Shown here in pieces: positions 12,801-25,855 of a DNA stretch of 64,000 nucleotides (position 1 is its first letter; each line of letters opens with the position of its first letter). The position numbers and the translations under genes were made by a program. The stretch is from Octopus vulgaris (Eukaryota). The notes below the pieces were generated by a model. The model saw only the letters and a list, made by a program, of their open reading frames with translations, was not told where the DNA came from and made no database searches. The DNA is taken from positions 123,318,001 to 123,382,000 of the forward strand of contig OX597816.1 in the NCBI GenBank assembly GCA_951406725.2, in the 5' to 3' direction.

Positions 12801-14369
12801 CAAATTAAACTTTAGTTTCATAAGTTAAATTCTACTTTATCAGCTGAGTAGAAAGATTTTACAAAATATGGGAAATAATTATCATTTAAGATTGAAATCA
12901 TTTTCTACTCTGTGAAAATATAAAATTTTGTTTCATACACCACGAACACAGAAATGCAAAGCACACTCATCGATGCTCACATATGCACACATATGTAACA
13001 CCCACTGCACACATGCACTCACATACAAAATATATGCAAACACACACACTTATTCTTCTATAGAAAGTGAGAATAATTACTAGTTCTTTGCATTTTGCAA
13101 CTTTCTGATGGAACTGGAGACAATCTACTTTTCAGAGGTTCTTTATATCTAAATTCATCTGAAGATAATGATATATAAGACATGACTCTTGGATATGGAT
13201 CTGTAATAATTAGCATACTCAAGTATTAAAAAACAAAATAAATAGAATAATAGGTATTTCACTTTATATGCAATGAGTACACTAATTTTGTTCATAACTC
13301 ATACAACTTAACACACACACACACACACAGACACATTTATGTAAGAAATCAAAATGACAAGAGAATAAGAAATTATGCCATGAACATCATAAGCTTACAG
13401 TTGTTTCCACTATGAGACATAATGCACTCATGGTTGAATGCTTGTGTATCACCTGATAGCTAGGAGGAGGACTCTGCAGGGATGACTACCAGCTCACTAT
13501 GGAAGGTTATAATGCATTTCAAATGGAACATTTCTGTAAAAGTATTCAAAGATTATTTAAGAACTATAATTTCTCACACACTTTCAAACCCAATGCCAAA
13601 ATTCTTAACTTCTTAGATCTAACAGATATTATCTACTGTCTCTAATGATCATCTAAAACTATTTCCAATGTGCTCTTAGAATCTATTGCTCCAACACATC
13701 TTCTACAAGTTCTCTTTTCTCTGTTAACCTTCCTGTGATACTGCTATTTATGATAGTTCTACAGAGCAAATTGTTATAACTGTATGACAGAAAATATAAT
13801 ATTGAAACTAAAAGTATCAATATAACATACTATGAGCCAATGAGAGTCATTACATCATCACTATACCGGCTAGAAATAGCAGCAAGTCTCCCTCAAATCA
13901 CGGCTTACCATGTTAAGAAATGGAAGTACGTATTATATAATGTTGTCTTAGAAATACCAAACCTGAATAAAAGATAAGGTGGCCATAGCTAGTCCACTTT
14001 TCATCATAGGCTGACTATGGCCTGAGCAATAATGAAAGCAACAAGGTATGCAAGTTTCAAAATTAGATACAGAGTTGCATTTCTTGGACTGGCAAAGGAG
14101 ATACTGCTTAAGAAGAATATAAACAGTGTGCATATATAGTGCAAATGTAATGAAAGTGTATTTGGGCATAAGATGTAGTGTGCAAGAGAGAAGACTGGTA
14201 TGATCATTTCATTCTAATGATGCCAAACCAAAGAAAGAGCCAGTGTTAGAAATAACAGCCAAATCTTCCTAAATGCAATATGCTTGACAAAAAAAGAAAA
14301 GAAAAGAGGAAGAAGAAAAGAAGATTGGATGGTTATATTTTGGAATGCCTTTAGCTATTTGTCTTCTCA

Positions 14370-14530
14370 GCCATTGCCAACTTCCACTGGCATGTAAAAA
14401 GCACCCACTACACTCACGGAGTGATTGGTGTTAAGAAGGGCATCCAGCTGTAAAAACACTGCTAGATCAGACTTGAACCTGGTGCAGCCTCCTGGCTTCC
14501 CAGACCCTGGTCAAACCGCCCAATGATGAT
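14370..14530 (+). mobile_element. RTE LINE 3' tail fragment
   Basis: aaaagcacccactacactc...gaagggcatccagctgt...gatgatg, as at 2455-2634. Confidence 0.75.
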
Positions 14531-14664
14531 GAAAAGGAGCTAACTCAAGAATGCTTTATGAATATTGTTCTAGGGATTTAAGTATACTGATGATTGAGGA
14601 TTTATTTAAAACGTAATAATTAGGCATAATTACTAAAAAGATATACATTAATATCTGGTGCAGA

Positions 14665-14970
14665 ACACTTTGGGCATGTGTCTTCTACTATAGACTTAGG
14701 CTGACCAAAGCCTTGTGAGTAGATTTGGTAGATGGAAACAGAAAGATGTCTGTCATATATGCATGTATATTTATGTGTGTGTCTATTAGTGTTTGTCACC
14801 TACCATCACTTGACAACCAGTGTTTGTATGTTTACATCCGTGTAACTTAGTGGTTCAACAAAACTGGTTGATAGAATAAGGCTTAAAAAAGGATAAATAC
14901 TGGAGGTGATTCATTCGACTAAAATTCTTCAAGGTGGTGTCCCAGCATGACTGAAGCAAGTAAAGGATAA
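14665..14970 (+). mobile_element. Family C SINE, 5'-truncated
   Basis: ttgggcatgtgtcttctactatag...gaccaaagccttgtgag followed by the family tail. Confidence 0.75.
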
Positions 14971-17214
14971 ATAATATCCTTTAATGAATTTTTTTGAACT
15001 GCAAAGATTATCTCACAACCATAATTATTGAGGGTTTTCAAATTGGTAGATTTTAATTAAATAGTTTGTCATTCAATGTGACAGAAACCTTCTACAAATC
15101 TATTGTTTATAAATTAGTATAAGGCAAATAAAGGTAATTAAACCATAGCAAGATTCAATCATTTAACTGTAACCAATCAAGCTAATTATCAATTAAAATG
15201 TGTGATCAGGAATACTTCAAATTTTTAATAAGTCAAAAGATTGACACAATTCAGAACAGTGTCTGCAATATTATGTTAACTTGAAACCCCTTAGCTAATT
15301 ATTTAAGTAGTCATTCAATGCATTGAATAATCTTGGATGAAAATTCAGGCTAAGATATCAGACACAAATTAGTGAATAATCTTGAATGAAAATTCAGGCT
15401 GGAGCATCAGACAAACATTAAGTACAAAAAAATATTGTTCTTTTTTCATTGATATGGTGTAATACTACTGACTGAATATTTGACCATATTCTAAAACAGT
15501 GTGTTCAAAAACAAAACAACAGATTATAAAGTGGGAGCAGTTTATATGAAGAACATTATGATTATTAATTAGTTTCTCTCGATCAACACTTCCATACACA
15601 TATTCTAATTCATACACCCCAGTACTTTATCACATTTAGAAACTCTCCTTGCTCATCTTTTCCCCCATATGACATCACCTTATAACAGTTTAAGCTGAAC
15701 ATAAACTTCATATACTTCACTATTTTATGAGGTGTTGCAAATACTATGGCTACTTTCCAGCATCCTTGAATTAAATATTGAAACAGAATAGCTGGTAGAG
15801 ATTGGTATAATAAAAATTTTAACTTGCTGTTAGCTTGTAAAATAAATCTTATGTGAATTATTTGTAAGAGGTTATAAAATAAGTTGGATAAATGAGAAGC
15901 CAGTCTCACTGTGATAGCTGCCATATTATCAAGTTGTTAAGAAGAGTAGATATAAAGAAAAAGGATATAGTGTAGAGTTTATAACTTTTGAACAGTCCTA
16001 ATATTTAGAATTCATTTCCCCAAAGGATCTCCTGGTAAAAAGAGCAATACAGTATCAAGTGGGTGAAAGCTTTCTGTAGAGGATGAATATAACAAATACC
16101 AAAGTGTTTGGAAATATTTTTTAGTGTATAAGAAAGAAGTTTGAATGAAAAGAGAATGTGACAAGGGGGTTGTAGAAATGAAAGAAAAAGACAATGGAAA
16201 CAGGGGAAACAAAAAAAAAGGACAAGGGAAACAAAAATGATAAATCTCAAGATATTTCATTTTCTTTCAATTGATGAAGGAAAAACTATTATAGAAATAA
16301 ACACATACATAGTACATAATATACAATATGATTAATTCATATTCTCTCACATTAGAACCTTGCCACAATCTTTGATCCCAAGCCAAACACATTGCTATAC
16401 TTGGCTCAAACTGTGTTGTTCAAAGCTTACTATTATTTTTTCCTTAACAGTTTGTGGTTAGTGTTGTAATAAAAAAAAGATGTATAAGGTTATAAAACTC
16501 CTTCACTATAGTTCCTACACAGAGGCAAGATTGCAAAACTATTTGCTTTCCTTCATATTTCTAATTTTAGATGCAGTGTATTCTCTCATTTCTGTCATGA
16601 TGTTATCTCATACCAGAGTAGTACTATCATATTGATATTTGTTTCTGAGATATATTGAGACACACGTCTCTCATAGAATTATAAACATTATAAAATAATA
16701 TCATTGTAAGTTGGAAGATATGAATGTAAACTATAAAAAAGTATTTGGGTTTATCACAGTTGAACTCAATGTTGTTGAGCACTTTGTGTTATCAAAATAT
16801 GTAAGTTTAGAGAAAGAACATATGATTTAACTATCAATTTCTTATACTTCTTTTCAAAGCTCATTTGATGTTGGGTTTCACATATGAAAAGACAAAATAA
16901 ACTAATAATCACAGCAAAATACTCCTGGGTACTAGAGTGTTAAACGTCCCAGTGAACTAAAATCATAACTGTTTCAACCCTTTCATCCAGGAAGATAGTA
17001 GCATTATGATAAAAATGAACATCACTTTTTCCTCTTTGAATTTATGAGTTTGTGTCTAATTCAGGAATCAACAACTCACTAAAAAAAAAAAAACTTAACC
17101 AGCAATATTTAAATAAAGACATTTTGTATGTTTTTTTTTACCTTTAGGCATGGCTGTGTGGTAAGAACCGTGCTTCCTAGCTACATGGTTCTGGGTTCAG
17201 TCCCAGTGTGTGGT

Positions 17215-18464
17215 ATCATAGACAAAATATTAGATTAGTGCTGCAACATGGATTAACAACCACTATCTTGGCCTCTTCCCCTCAGCCGGGGCTACCGGAT
17301 GAACAGAAAGAGCGATTTTATGACTCCCTCTTGCAGACTACCATGTCAATGAGTGACAGGAGCCTTTTCTTTGTGGCTGAAGACTTCAATGGGTATGTTG
17401 GACAACATGCAGGGAGCTTCCATGGTATACATGGTGACTATGGTCTTGGTTCCCACAATGAGGAGGGAACCAAGCTGCTGGAGTTCTGTGATGCAAATGA
17501 TTTGATGGTTTGTAATACTGACTTCAGGAAACCTGCCAGTCACCTATTCACCTACCGATCTGGTTGGCACACTAGTCAAATTGATTACATCCTCACCAAG
17601 AAACAGGAAAGATGGCTACTTATGAATGCCAAAACCTTCCTAGGTGAAGAATGCACCCCTCAACATTGGTTAGTAGTTAGTGATTTCAGGATCAGGGCTA
17701 AATGGATGCCCAGAAAGACCACCAGTATAGAGAAGATGGGTCTGGAAGAAGGGTCTAGCCAAAGATAAACCTCTGTACCTGGCTTTCATACCCTAACATT
17801 GGAGGAAACCTGTGGAAGAGGTAGACCCAGGAAGATCTGGGATGAGGTGGGGAATCACGACCTTCAAATGTTAGGCCTCACAGAGGCAATGACAAGTGTC
17901 TGAGGCCTTTGGAGAAGTGCTGCGCTTGAGAAGACCCAGCAAGCCAAGTGAGATCATAACCATGGCCTATCCCAGTGTAGCATAACTGACCCATTTAAGA
18001 GTTCCCTTCAACCATTGGGCAATAAACTGCGCTTGTGAAGACCTGTTGAGTTAAGTGAAGTCATTGTCATGGCTGATGACAGTACCATCTGATTGGCCAG
18101 TGGCATGTAAAATGCATCATTCGAGTGTGGTCGATGCCAGTGTTGCCTGACTGGTCCTGTGCTGGTGGCACATACAAAGCACCATTCGAGCATGGTCATT
18201 GCCAGTAGCACTTGACTAACTCCCGTGCCAGTGACACATAAAAAGCACCATTCGAGCATGGTTGGTGCCAGTGCCAGCTCATGCTAGTGGCACATAAAAA
18301 GCACCCACTACACTCTTGGAGTGGTTGGCATTATGAAGGGCATCCAGCTGTAGAAACTTTGCCAGATCAGACTGGAGCCTGGTGCAGCCTTCTGGCTTGC
18401 CAGCCCTCAATCAAACCGTCCAACCCATGCCAGCATGGAAAGTGGACGTTAAACGATGATGATG
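17215..18464 (+). mobile_element. Internally deleted RTE LINE: APE endonuclease, short RT piece, 3' UTR
   Basis: ORF 17208-17768 has EDFNGYVG, LLEFCDANDL, SQIDYIL and QHWLVVSDF. Followed by LAKDKPLYLAF, GRGRPRK, 3' tandem repeats and a (GAT)n tail. Confidence 0.9.
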
Positions 18465-19482
18465 TTCAGTAAGAATGATTCAAACAAGAATAGCAATAAA
18501 TCTTACCTAGTTCTGAAAAAAGTAATGTTGGACAATGTCTTTGTTATCAGTAGACCAACACCTTGACCTATAATGCACTGTACTGCTTGCAGGATATGTA
18601 CACACACACATGCATGCACACATATATATACATGGATGTATACATGCATATGCGCATACATTATTTACATTGTTCTGTTAAAACAATATAGGGATGAATT
18701 CCATAGTTATCTTTGTTTATCTCATATCTACAATAGTATTCAAACCATTTTTGTCCATTTATTTTCTATGTTTTATCATTAACGCTGTCTAGGTTTTTTT
18801 CTCTCTGTTCTACAAAAATTCCATCACTGTCTAGAAAAATAATTCTTCATATCAGTGTGTGTGTGTCTATGTATGTGTGTGTAAGTATTTATGCTTCAAG
18901 GCCACAAATGTAGATACATATATTATTATTTCCTGTCTTGCTAGATCAGATAATGAAATCAATTCAATAATTGTTAGCTGAAGATTGATGGAAAGATGGA
19001 AAGATAAGCCAAAAGAAAAAAGAAAAAAAGTAAATAGTAAACCAAAAATCCATAAATAAATGTAATAGTGACTGAGAAAGGCAAAGATTAATATGTGTAC
19101 GTCAATGGTACATTGCAGTTTCTATGTGTTGTAAAGATATTTCAGGCATTTGATAGGTGCATAATATATCTAATTTAGTAACAGACAATTCTGAGATTAA
19201 ATACTGACTGAATGAATATCTACTTATAATTTTCTATAAGTATTTAACTTTTAGTAGTGGAGTAATAATGGTAATCCCCACTGATTCCCTACCTTTCCCC
19301 ATCTTCTGCTCTCTCTCTCTTTCTTTCTCTATTTCTTCCTTCTCTTTCGATCAGTCTATATCGTAAATTTAATATGGGTGATGACCTGCTTGAATTTTTG
19401 CTCTTTGGTGTTTGATGTAGGTTAACAAGGACAAGGAATTTCAGTAGAATCCAGTTTTGAGGAAAGATTAATGAACATTTTT

Positions 19483-19745
19483 CATCATCATCATCATCAT
19501 CATTGTTTAACGTCCATTTTCCGTGCTATCATGGGTTGGGCGGTTTGACCGGGGTCTGGGAAGCCAGGAGGCTGCACCAGGCTCCAGTCTGATCTGGCAG
19601 TGTTTCTACAGCTGGATGTCCTTCCTAACACCAACCACCCCGTGAGTGTAGTGGGTGCTTTTTATGTGCCACCAGCACAGGTGCCAGGGGAGGCTGGCAA
19701 CGGCCACGTTCAGATGGTGCTTTTTATGTGCCACCGGCACAGGTA
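19483..19745 (-). mobile_element. RTE LINE 3' tail
   Basis: (CAT)n followed by the reverse complement of the RTE 3' UTR. Confidence 0.8.
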
Positions 19746-20349
19746 TCACAGCTACAATTTCCATTTTTTGTATCAAGAATATTATATTCTTTTGATGCAG
19801 AAAGCTATTCCATAAATATGTTTGGCAGCTGCATTATCCTATATATGTGGGATTTAATTATATTCTCTATTCCCTATGAAACATAGGCCATGAACAACTT
19901 ACCTCCTCTGTTCTTGACTCTGGGCTGTCTTCCCTGCTGGATCCCTGCTTATTCAGCTTTGCCTCACTATACCACTCCAGCTATTTTGAGGGCATCCTAA
20001 CTTCTGTCTCACTTGTAGATTCATATATTTTCCTTCCTCTCTCAGGTACTGTTTGTTTTCTGTTATCATTAATGCTTCTGCAACTTTGCTTTTTGACCCT
20101 CTGCAAACACATTTTTACCTATGGAAAGAAATAATCCATACTAATTTGCCCTTTATATTTTGACTTGTCCAGCAAGGGACATCCTACCATGAGCTTGTGC
20201 TCCACTGGCATACCTCTCAGAGTCATTCATGTATACAAGCGAGCACTCTGTCACAAAGACTGGTCCTTGTGTGGTTATATTTATAACAGCACAACTAAAA
20301 GGTTGTCTTTCTAATGGTCTGCAACTTTTCCATTTTATTTTATAATATA

Positions 20350-20473
20350 ATAGCCACATAGTTTGGGGTTCAGTCCTACTGCTTGGTACCTTGAGCAAGC
20401 GTCTTTTACTAAAGCTACAGGTCAATCAAGGCCTTGTGAGTGGATTTAGTAGACAGAAACAGAAAGATGTCTA

Positions 20474-20475
<2 letters not shown>
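20350..20475 (+). mobile_element. Family C SINE head
   Basis: ggttcagtcc...accttgagcaag...gccttgtgagtggattt. Confidence 0.7.
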
Positions 20476-20519
<44 letters not shown>

Positions 20520-20939
20520 TAAAACCTGGTGCGCTAAGTAGTCGTAAAGAAATTTTTTTTAAATGTGTCCTCCTCAAGTGCTACTACTGGAAAATTGGAG
20601 CTCCCTATTTGCTGGTTAGGCTTTTTTGGGTTCTAAAAGGGTTGTCTTAGTCTCTGGTTCAGGGGACAACCCATCCTCATTAGCGTTCTTATATGTTAAG
20701 ACATAAATCTTGATTTCTGAGCATTTCCTCACATCCGTGACACAGAAAGTTTAAATTTTTGTCTTTGTATAGAGTCTGATAAGCTGTCCACAAGGCTTTG
20801 ATTTTGTGGATACAAAACATTTGGTAACTCTATGTCCGAAATTTTAATTTTTGTTGTAATATATATATATATATTTTGGGATGGTAATTTTTTTTTTTTT
20901 TGCCAAATAACCACATGCACTATATATTCGTTCTTCACT

Positions 20940-21770
20940 CATTTATTATTGTTCTTACCTTCTCTCATGTTCATTGTCTGGAAATCTTTCATCACACATC
21001 TGTGACCTCTTCAGCAACTCTTTCATCCACATGTATCTTCCTGTTCTGTTTAGTCCATTCTGTCTTTTTATGACATGTATCCTTGTCTGTGTCTGCATTT
21101 GTATGTATATGTGTGTGTTTGTGTGTGTGTGCATATGAGTGTCTGTGTGCTTTTTATAAATGTGTTTTTATGTGTGCGTATATGGGATTGCTTACTTATT
21201 GTTTCTAACCATGTTTTATATAGGTTTTTCCTTTGTTTACTTATTTATCTCTATTTCTTATATTTTATCATGAGTATGTGCATGTTTTCTCTATTGTGTA
21301 TGTATTATACTGCTTGTATCTGTGTCATTCTTTTTGTTTTTCCCCTCTGTCTCCAGTCGTCATGTGTGGTGGTGGGTGTTCCATTCGTGTATTCTGTCAA
21401 GAATTGGGCTGTCTCTTACTGTGTGTGTCGCCTCCATAATCTGTCCTATGTAGTGATAATACCTTAACCACCAAGTTATTAACTGAGCCTTTATGTTCTA
21501 CTTGAGTATGTTGGTAGAGCTCTTTGATCTCCCATTAATGTTTACCTATTCACTCTCCTATGCTATCTGCTGTCTCCCTAGTGTAAGTTGTTGTCTTGTT
21601 TCTGCACTATCCCTCAGTACACCATAAGCTATAGACTACTTTCCTAATCTTACAGTTAACCCATTGGTCCATACTACATACTGTACAATTGTTCTCTGTG
21701 CATAGTGAACTACCAAGTGAATAAGTTCTACACATCAGGGATTTCATGGGGATTCCAGGCCTTTCTGTTA
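20940..21770 (-). mobile_element. Decayed Penelope-like element 3' part (GIY-YIG remnant plus terminal repeat)
   Basis: CTVCSMDQWVNCKIRKVVYSLWCTEG and a YxxETAxSIGE remnant, homologous to the 32686 ORF. Hammerhead motif lies downstream. Confidence 0.7.
20977..21018 (-). ncRNA. Minimal hammerhead ribozyme motif, partly decayed
   Basis: Minus strand: gttg CTGAAGA g GTCACA gatg TGTGAT GAAA gatt TC cag. Confidence 0.6.
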
Positions 21771-21789
21771 CTTTAATAATAATAATAAT

Positions 21790-22038
21790 GAAATTATTGT
21801 ATACAGTGCTCAGGTGCACCACAACTTGTCAGAACTGCGTATGAAGCAAATGCTGTAATGTACAAATGTCTGGAAAGTGAATGGTGTATGAGTCAAATAC
21901 ATGCTTGAGTGTGTATGGAGGGGAGAAAATCAGGTGTAGTGTTGGCGAATCTCATGAAGCATGGAAGTTTTGAAGGATGTAGTGCTCCGACAACTAACAA
22001 CTGATGCCGGTAGTTTGTTCCATACTTCAGCAACTCTT
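21790..22038 (-). mobile_element. CR1-like LINE 3' end
   Basis: Minus strand RVAEVWNKLPASVVSCRSTTSFK, a typical CR1 ORF2 C-terminus, then UTR and a short A/T-rich tail. Confidence 0.75.
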
Positions 22039-22645
22039 TAGATTTACCTTATCTAATGCTTTAATCTGTGAATCTATGGATTAAAGTAGCAGAAATGTCA
22101 GCAAACCCCATGAAATCCATGATCTGTAGAACTTATCCCTTCGATAGGTCTCAATGTTGTTGTTGTTAGTGAGCACCAGTACACTTTAAAAAGAGCTAGA
22201 TCTACCAACGAATTGCTCTCCCATTTGTACCAGCGGTCTCTTGTATTTTACAGTTGAGAATTTTGACAGTAGTAATGTTGTATGCATGAAAATGTGGCCC
22301 AACAGAGGAGTTGCTCTGCAGTTATTCAATCTGTTTGAAATAACAACCGATTTTCCTTAAATACTGTCTTACTGTTTTAAATAAAAGTAAAACATATTGG
22401 AAAATCTAGTCCTACTTAACCCCTAAAAAGAAAAGATTAGGTGGCTGCAGTTGGAAAACCTTTGGTCCTGAATATACAAACTGTTTTTCATTGCATCTGC
22501 CTTAGTAATTGTTATCTTTATTATCCAGAATTTTGTATTTAGTTCTTAATTTTCTATGAGTGAAATGCTTATTGTAGCAGGAATGTATACAAACATAAAA
22601 ATTCTTATGTTTCTTTTCTCTAATAAAATCTGTTACACATTACAG

Positions 22646-22762
22646 ATACCAAAGAGTACAACATTATTTGGAAAACCAGATCTTCTACGTGGTTCAGAGC
22701 CTTCTAATTCAATGTCAACCTTAAATGAGATTTCCGAGTTTTCTGAGACAGCCAGATACAAC
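22646..22762 (+). CDS. Internal exon (117 nt, phase 0/0) of a receptor guanylyl cyclase; juxtamembrane segment IPKSTTLFGKPDLLRGSEPSNSMSTLNEISEFSETARYN
   Basis: Acceptor ...acattacAG and donor GTGAGT. Splices in frame to the 42388 exon to give ARYN|GDMIYVK, resembling the KHD entry motif of receptor GCs. Confidence 0.8.
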
Positions 22763-22844
22763 GTGAGTATTCCAATTATTCTGTTTTCTTAAACTTACCA
22801 AATTGATCTTAGATTGCTTTATTTTTTTATATTCAGAATAAATG

Positions 22845-23450
22845 GGATGGCTGTGTGGTAAGAAGCCTGCTCCCCAACCACATGGTTCCAGGTTCAGTCC
22901 CACTGCATGGCATATTAGGCAAATGTCTTCTACTATAGCCTTGGGCTGACCAAAGTCTTGTGAGAGGATTTGGTAAACAGAAACTGAAAGAAGCCCATCA
23001 TATATATATATATATTTAGTAAAATAAAGATTCATATAGAATCAAATACTTGAAAAGATATGCATCAGGTAGGGTTTGATAAACCTGTGGTTCCAGCCTA
23101 TGGTTGGTAAGTATCATATAGGATATTCCGGTTGTGTACTCAAAACCAACCCTATGAGTAATTAGCGCCTAGGGGCTGTTCCAAAGCATGTGTTACATCG
23201 AATTGTATGTAGTTGATATACTCTAGTATGTGTGTTTGAGTGTGTGTGTGTGTGTGTGTACTTGTGTCTGTCTATGGTGTGTCTATGTCCCTGTAACTTA
23301 GCAGTTTGGCAAAAGAGACTGATAGAATAAGTACCAGTGCTTGAAGGAAAAAAAAAGTACTTCTTATTGAGTCATTCAGCTAAAATTCTTCAAGGTGATG
23401 TTCCAGCATGGCCATTATCTTATGACTGAAACAAATAAGAGATAAGCAAT
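22845..23450 (+). mobile_element. Family C SINE with about 200 bp of unexplained sequence in its internal microsatellite
   Basis: Head tggctgtgtggtaagaag...ggttcagtccc at 22845-23000 and tail at 23285-23450. Confidence 0.75.
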
Positions 23451-23513
23451 AAAAGATTATTTTACTGGTTGTATATATCTTTGACAGTATATTTTACTAT
23501 AAATATAATAAAT

Positions 23514-23670
23514 TGGTGCAGGTGTGGCTGTGTGGGTAAGAAGCTTGCTCACGACTTTGTGGTCTTGGATTCAATCCCAGTGTATAGCATATTAAGCAAG
23601 TGTTTTGTACAATAGTCGTGGGCCAAGCAAAGCCTTGTTAATGGATATGGTAGATGGAAACTGGATATCT
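23514..23670 (+). mobile_element. Family C SINE head
   Basis: ggtgcaggtgtggctgtgtgggtaag...ggtagatggaaact, followed by (TATC)n. Confidence 0.7.
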
Positions 23671-23751
23671 ATCTATTTATCTATCTGTTTATTTATCAAT
23701 CTTTCTATCTATCTATCTATCTATCAACCTGTTTATCTATCTATCTATCTA

Positions 23752-23785
<34 letters not shown>

Positions 23786-23844
23786 CATACATACATATAT
23801 GTGTGTGTGTGTGTTTGTGTGTGTTTGTGTGTGTCTGTGTTATA

Positions 23845-24185
23845 GCCTGGCTCAGTGGTTGAAGTGTTGGGCTCCTTCACATGAGGTAGTGAGTTTGATT
23901 CCTGGCCTGGACTGTATGATGTGTTCTTGAGCATATTGGTAGAGTTCTTTGATCTCCCACTAATATTTACCTGTTCACTCCCCTGTGCTTTATCCTGTCT
24001 CCCTAGTGTAAGTTGTCTTTATTTCACGTTACTCCAGATCACTCAGCTGTAGAGTGGTAGGTAGAGGAGAGGCTGGTATGCATGGGCAACTGCTGGTCTT
24101 CCATAGACAATGTTTCCTGTACTTATGCCTCGGAGGGTTAACTATCTAGGTGCAATCCCATGGTTTTCATGACCGTAGTGGGGTC
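23845..24185 (+). mobile_element. Family B-related SINE interrupted by a Penelope fragment
   Basis: tggctcagtggtt A box, gagtttgattcc B box, ttcttgagca[insert]tttatttcacgtt. Confidence 0.65.
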
Positions 24186-24522
24186 CTTTTATTTCTATGT
24201 TCAATTAAAACCTTCAAAGCAGTGCCCCAGAATGATTGCAGTAAATAAAAACTATAAGATAAAAGATATTGTACTATTAATGTTATAAAATGAAAGCTTA
24301 GATTAATCTATTATCATTTTCTGCTCAACTTACTTCCAAAAGACTGGTATACAACTGATATAATAAACGAGAGAGTAATATTCACAAGAACCAAATTCCA
24401 ATGCTTTCAATCTTAATTTTACTAAATGTGCTTTGTTCAATATAATTTCACATTTAGTTGAAGGGAATTTATCGATTTATTTCACACATTTTGTTATTTT
24501 CACTTACATGGATGTTTATGTG

Positions 24523-24563
<41 letters not shown>

Positions 24564-25010
24564 GTCTCACACTCTCTCTCTCTATCTCTCTCTTCTGCTT
24601 CTGTACACACACACACACACATATATATATCAGTATATATGTGTGTGTTTTTATATATATATATATTTCACTTAGCACATGTGGCTCATGCTCACCAAGG
24701 AATGGCAATGTTGTTTTCAAATGCAGGCATGGCACCATGATGAGAAGGATGCTTCCCAACCATGTGACTTTATGTATGGTTCCACTATGTGGCACATTAA
24801 TGGCAAGTGTCTTCCATTGACCAAAGCCTAGCGAGTGGATTTGGTAAGGGCTATAGTAAAAGACACTTGTCCAATGTGCCATGCCATAGGACTGAACCCA
24901 AATTTATGTGACTATAAAGCAAACTTCTTAATCATGTATACACATATATATATATATATAGATAGATATATGTATATATGGGTGCATATGTGTATGTATA
25001 TATGAGTGTG

Positions 25011-25047
<37 letters not shown>

Positions 25048-25563
25048 ATTTATACATGAAGTAAAAGCAGCTCTAGTATAATAAATACTGATAAATACTT
25101 ATACTAATGTATATGCTTTGTGTATTATCCATGGCTCTAAGGTGTTTTAACACTGGCAACATGAGAGTCATATAATCTGCTACGACATTGCAGCCACTGG
25201 AAAATACACAATGCATTTAACAATATTTATTACATTAGAGCTGTTTTTATTTCCAATGTAAACTTTCTCTTAGGTATGCAATTTCCGAGCATACCAGCTT
25301 ATGATTTTACAAGCCATGGGCATATAAGTTGTTGGACTAGCTAGCTGACTCGCTTTCAACCCAGGTGGGTAGATGGTGTTGATACGCTATAAAAATGGTG
25401 AAGCATCGATGTCCATCACTCCCAAATGGGATTTAAGGTGAGTTATCTTGCCTATTCATGACTCTAAGGTGTTTTAACACCAGCAACATGAGAGTTATAT
25501 ACTCTGCTACGCCATTGCAGCCACTGGAAAATACACAGAGCATATACATTAGTATATGTATCT

Positions 25564-25619
<56 letters not shown>

Positions 25620-25855
25620 ATGTATATATATATATATACATACACATATGATTCGCCATGATAGATTGCTAGCCACTACACATTCTTAATTTTCTCTCCC
25701 TGTTTATTTCTGTTTTCCTTTCTGGGGAAGAACAAAGGTTCGAAACATTAAAGACTTATTCGCTTCCTGGGCATTAAACTAATATTTTTGTTTGTTGTCT
25801 ACACCACCTGTCTTCGTCTTTTGTTTTTTGTGGATTCTCCCTACATGCATACATA

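Noticed and set aside
20625-20685. Hairpin gggttgtc...gacaaccc with CTAATGA on the minus strand
   Set aside because: No intact GAAA or cleavage site. Possibly a decayed PLE repeat but unsupported.
25723-25752. Plus-strand hammerhead-like remnant (ggaagaac...ttcgaaac)
   Set aside because: The CUGANGA core is broken. Used only as a weak comparison.
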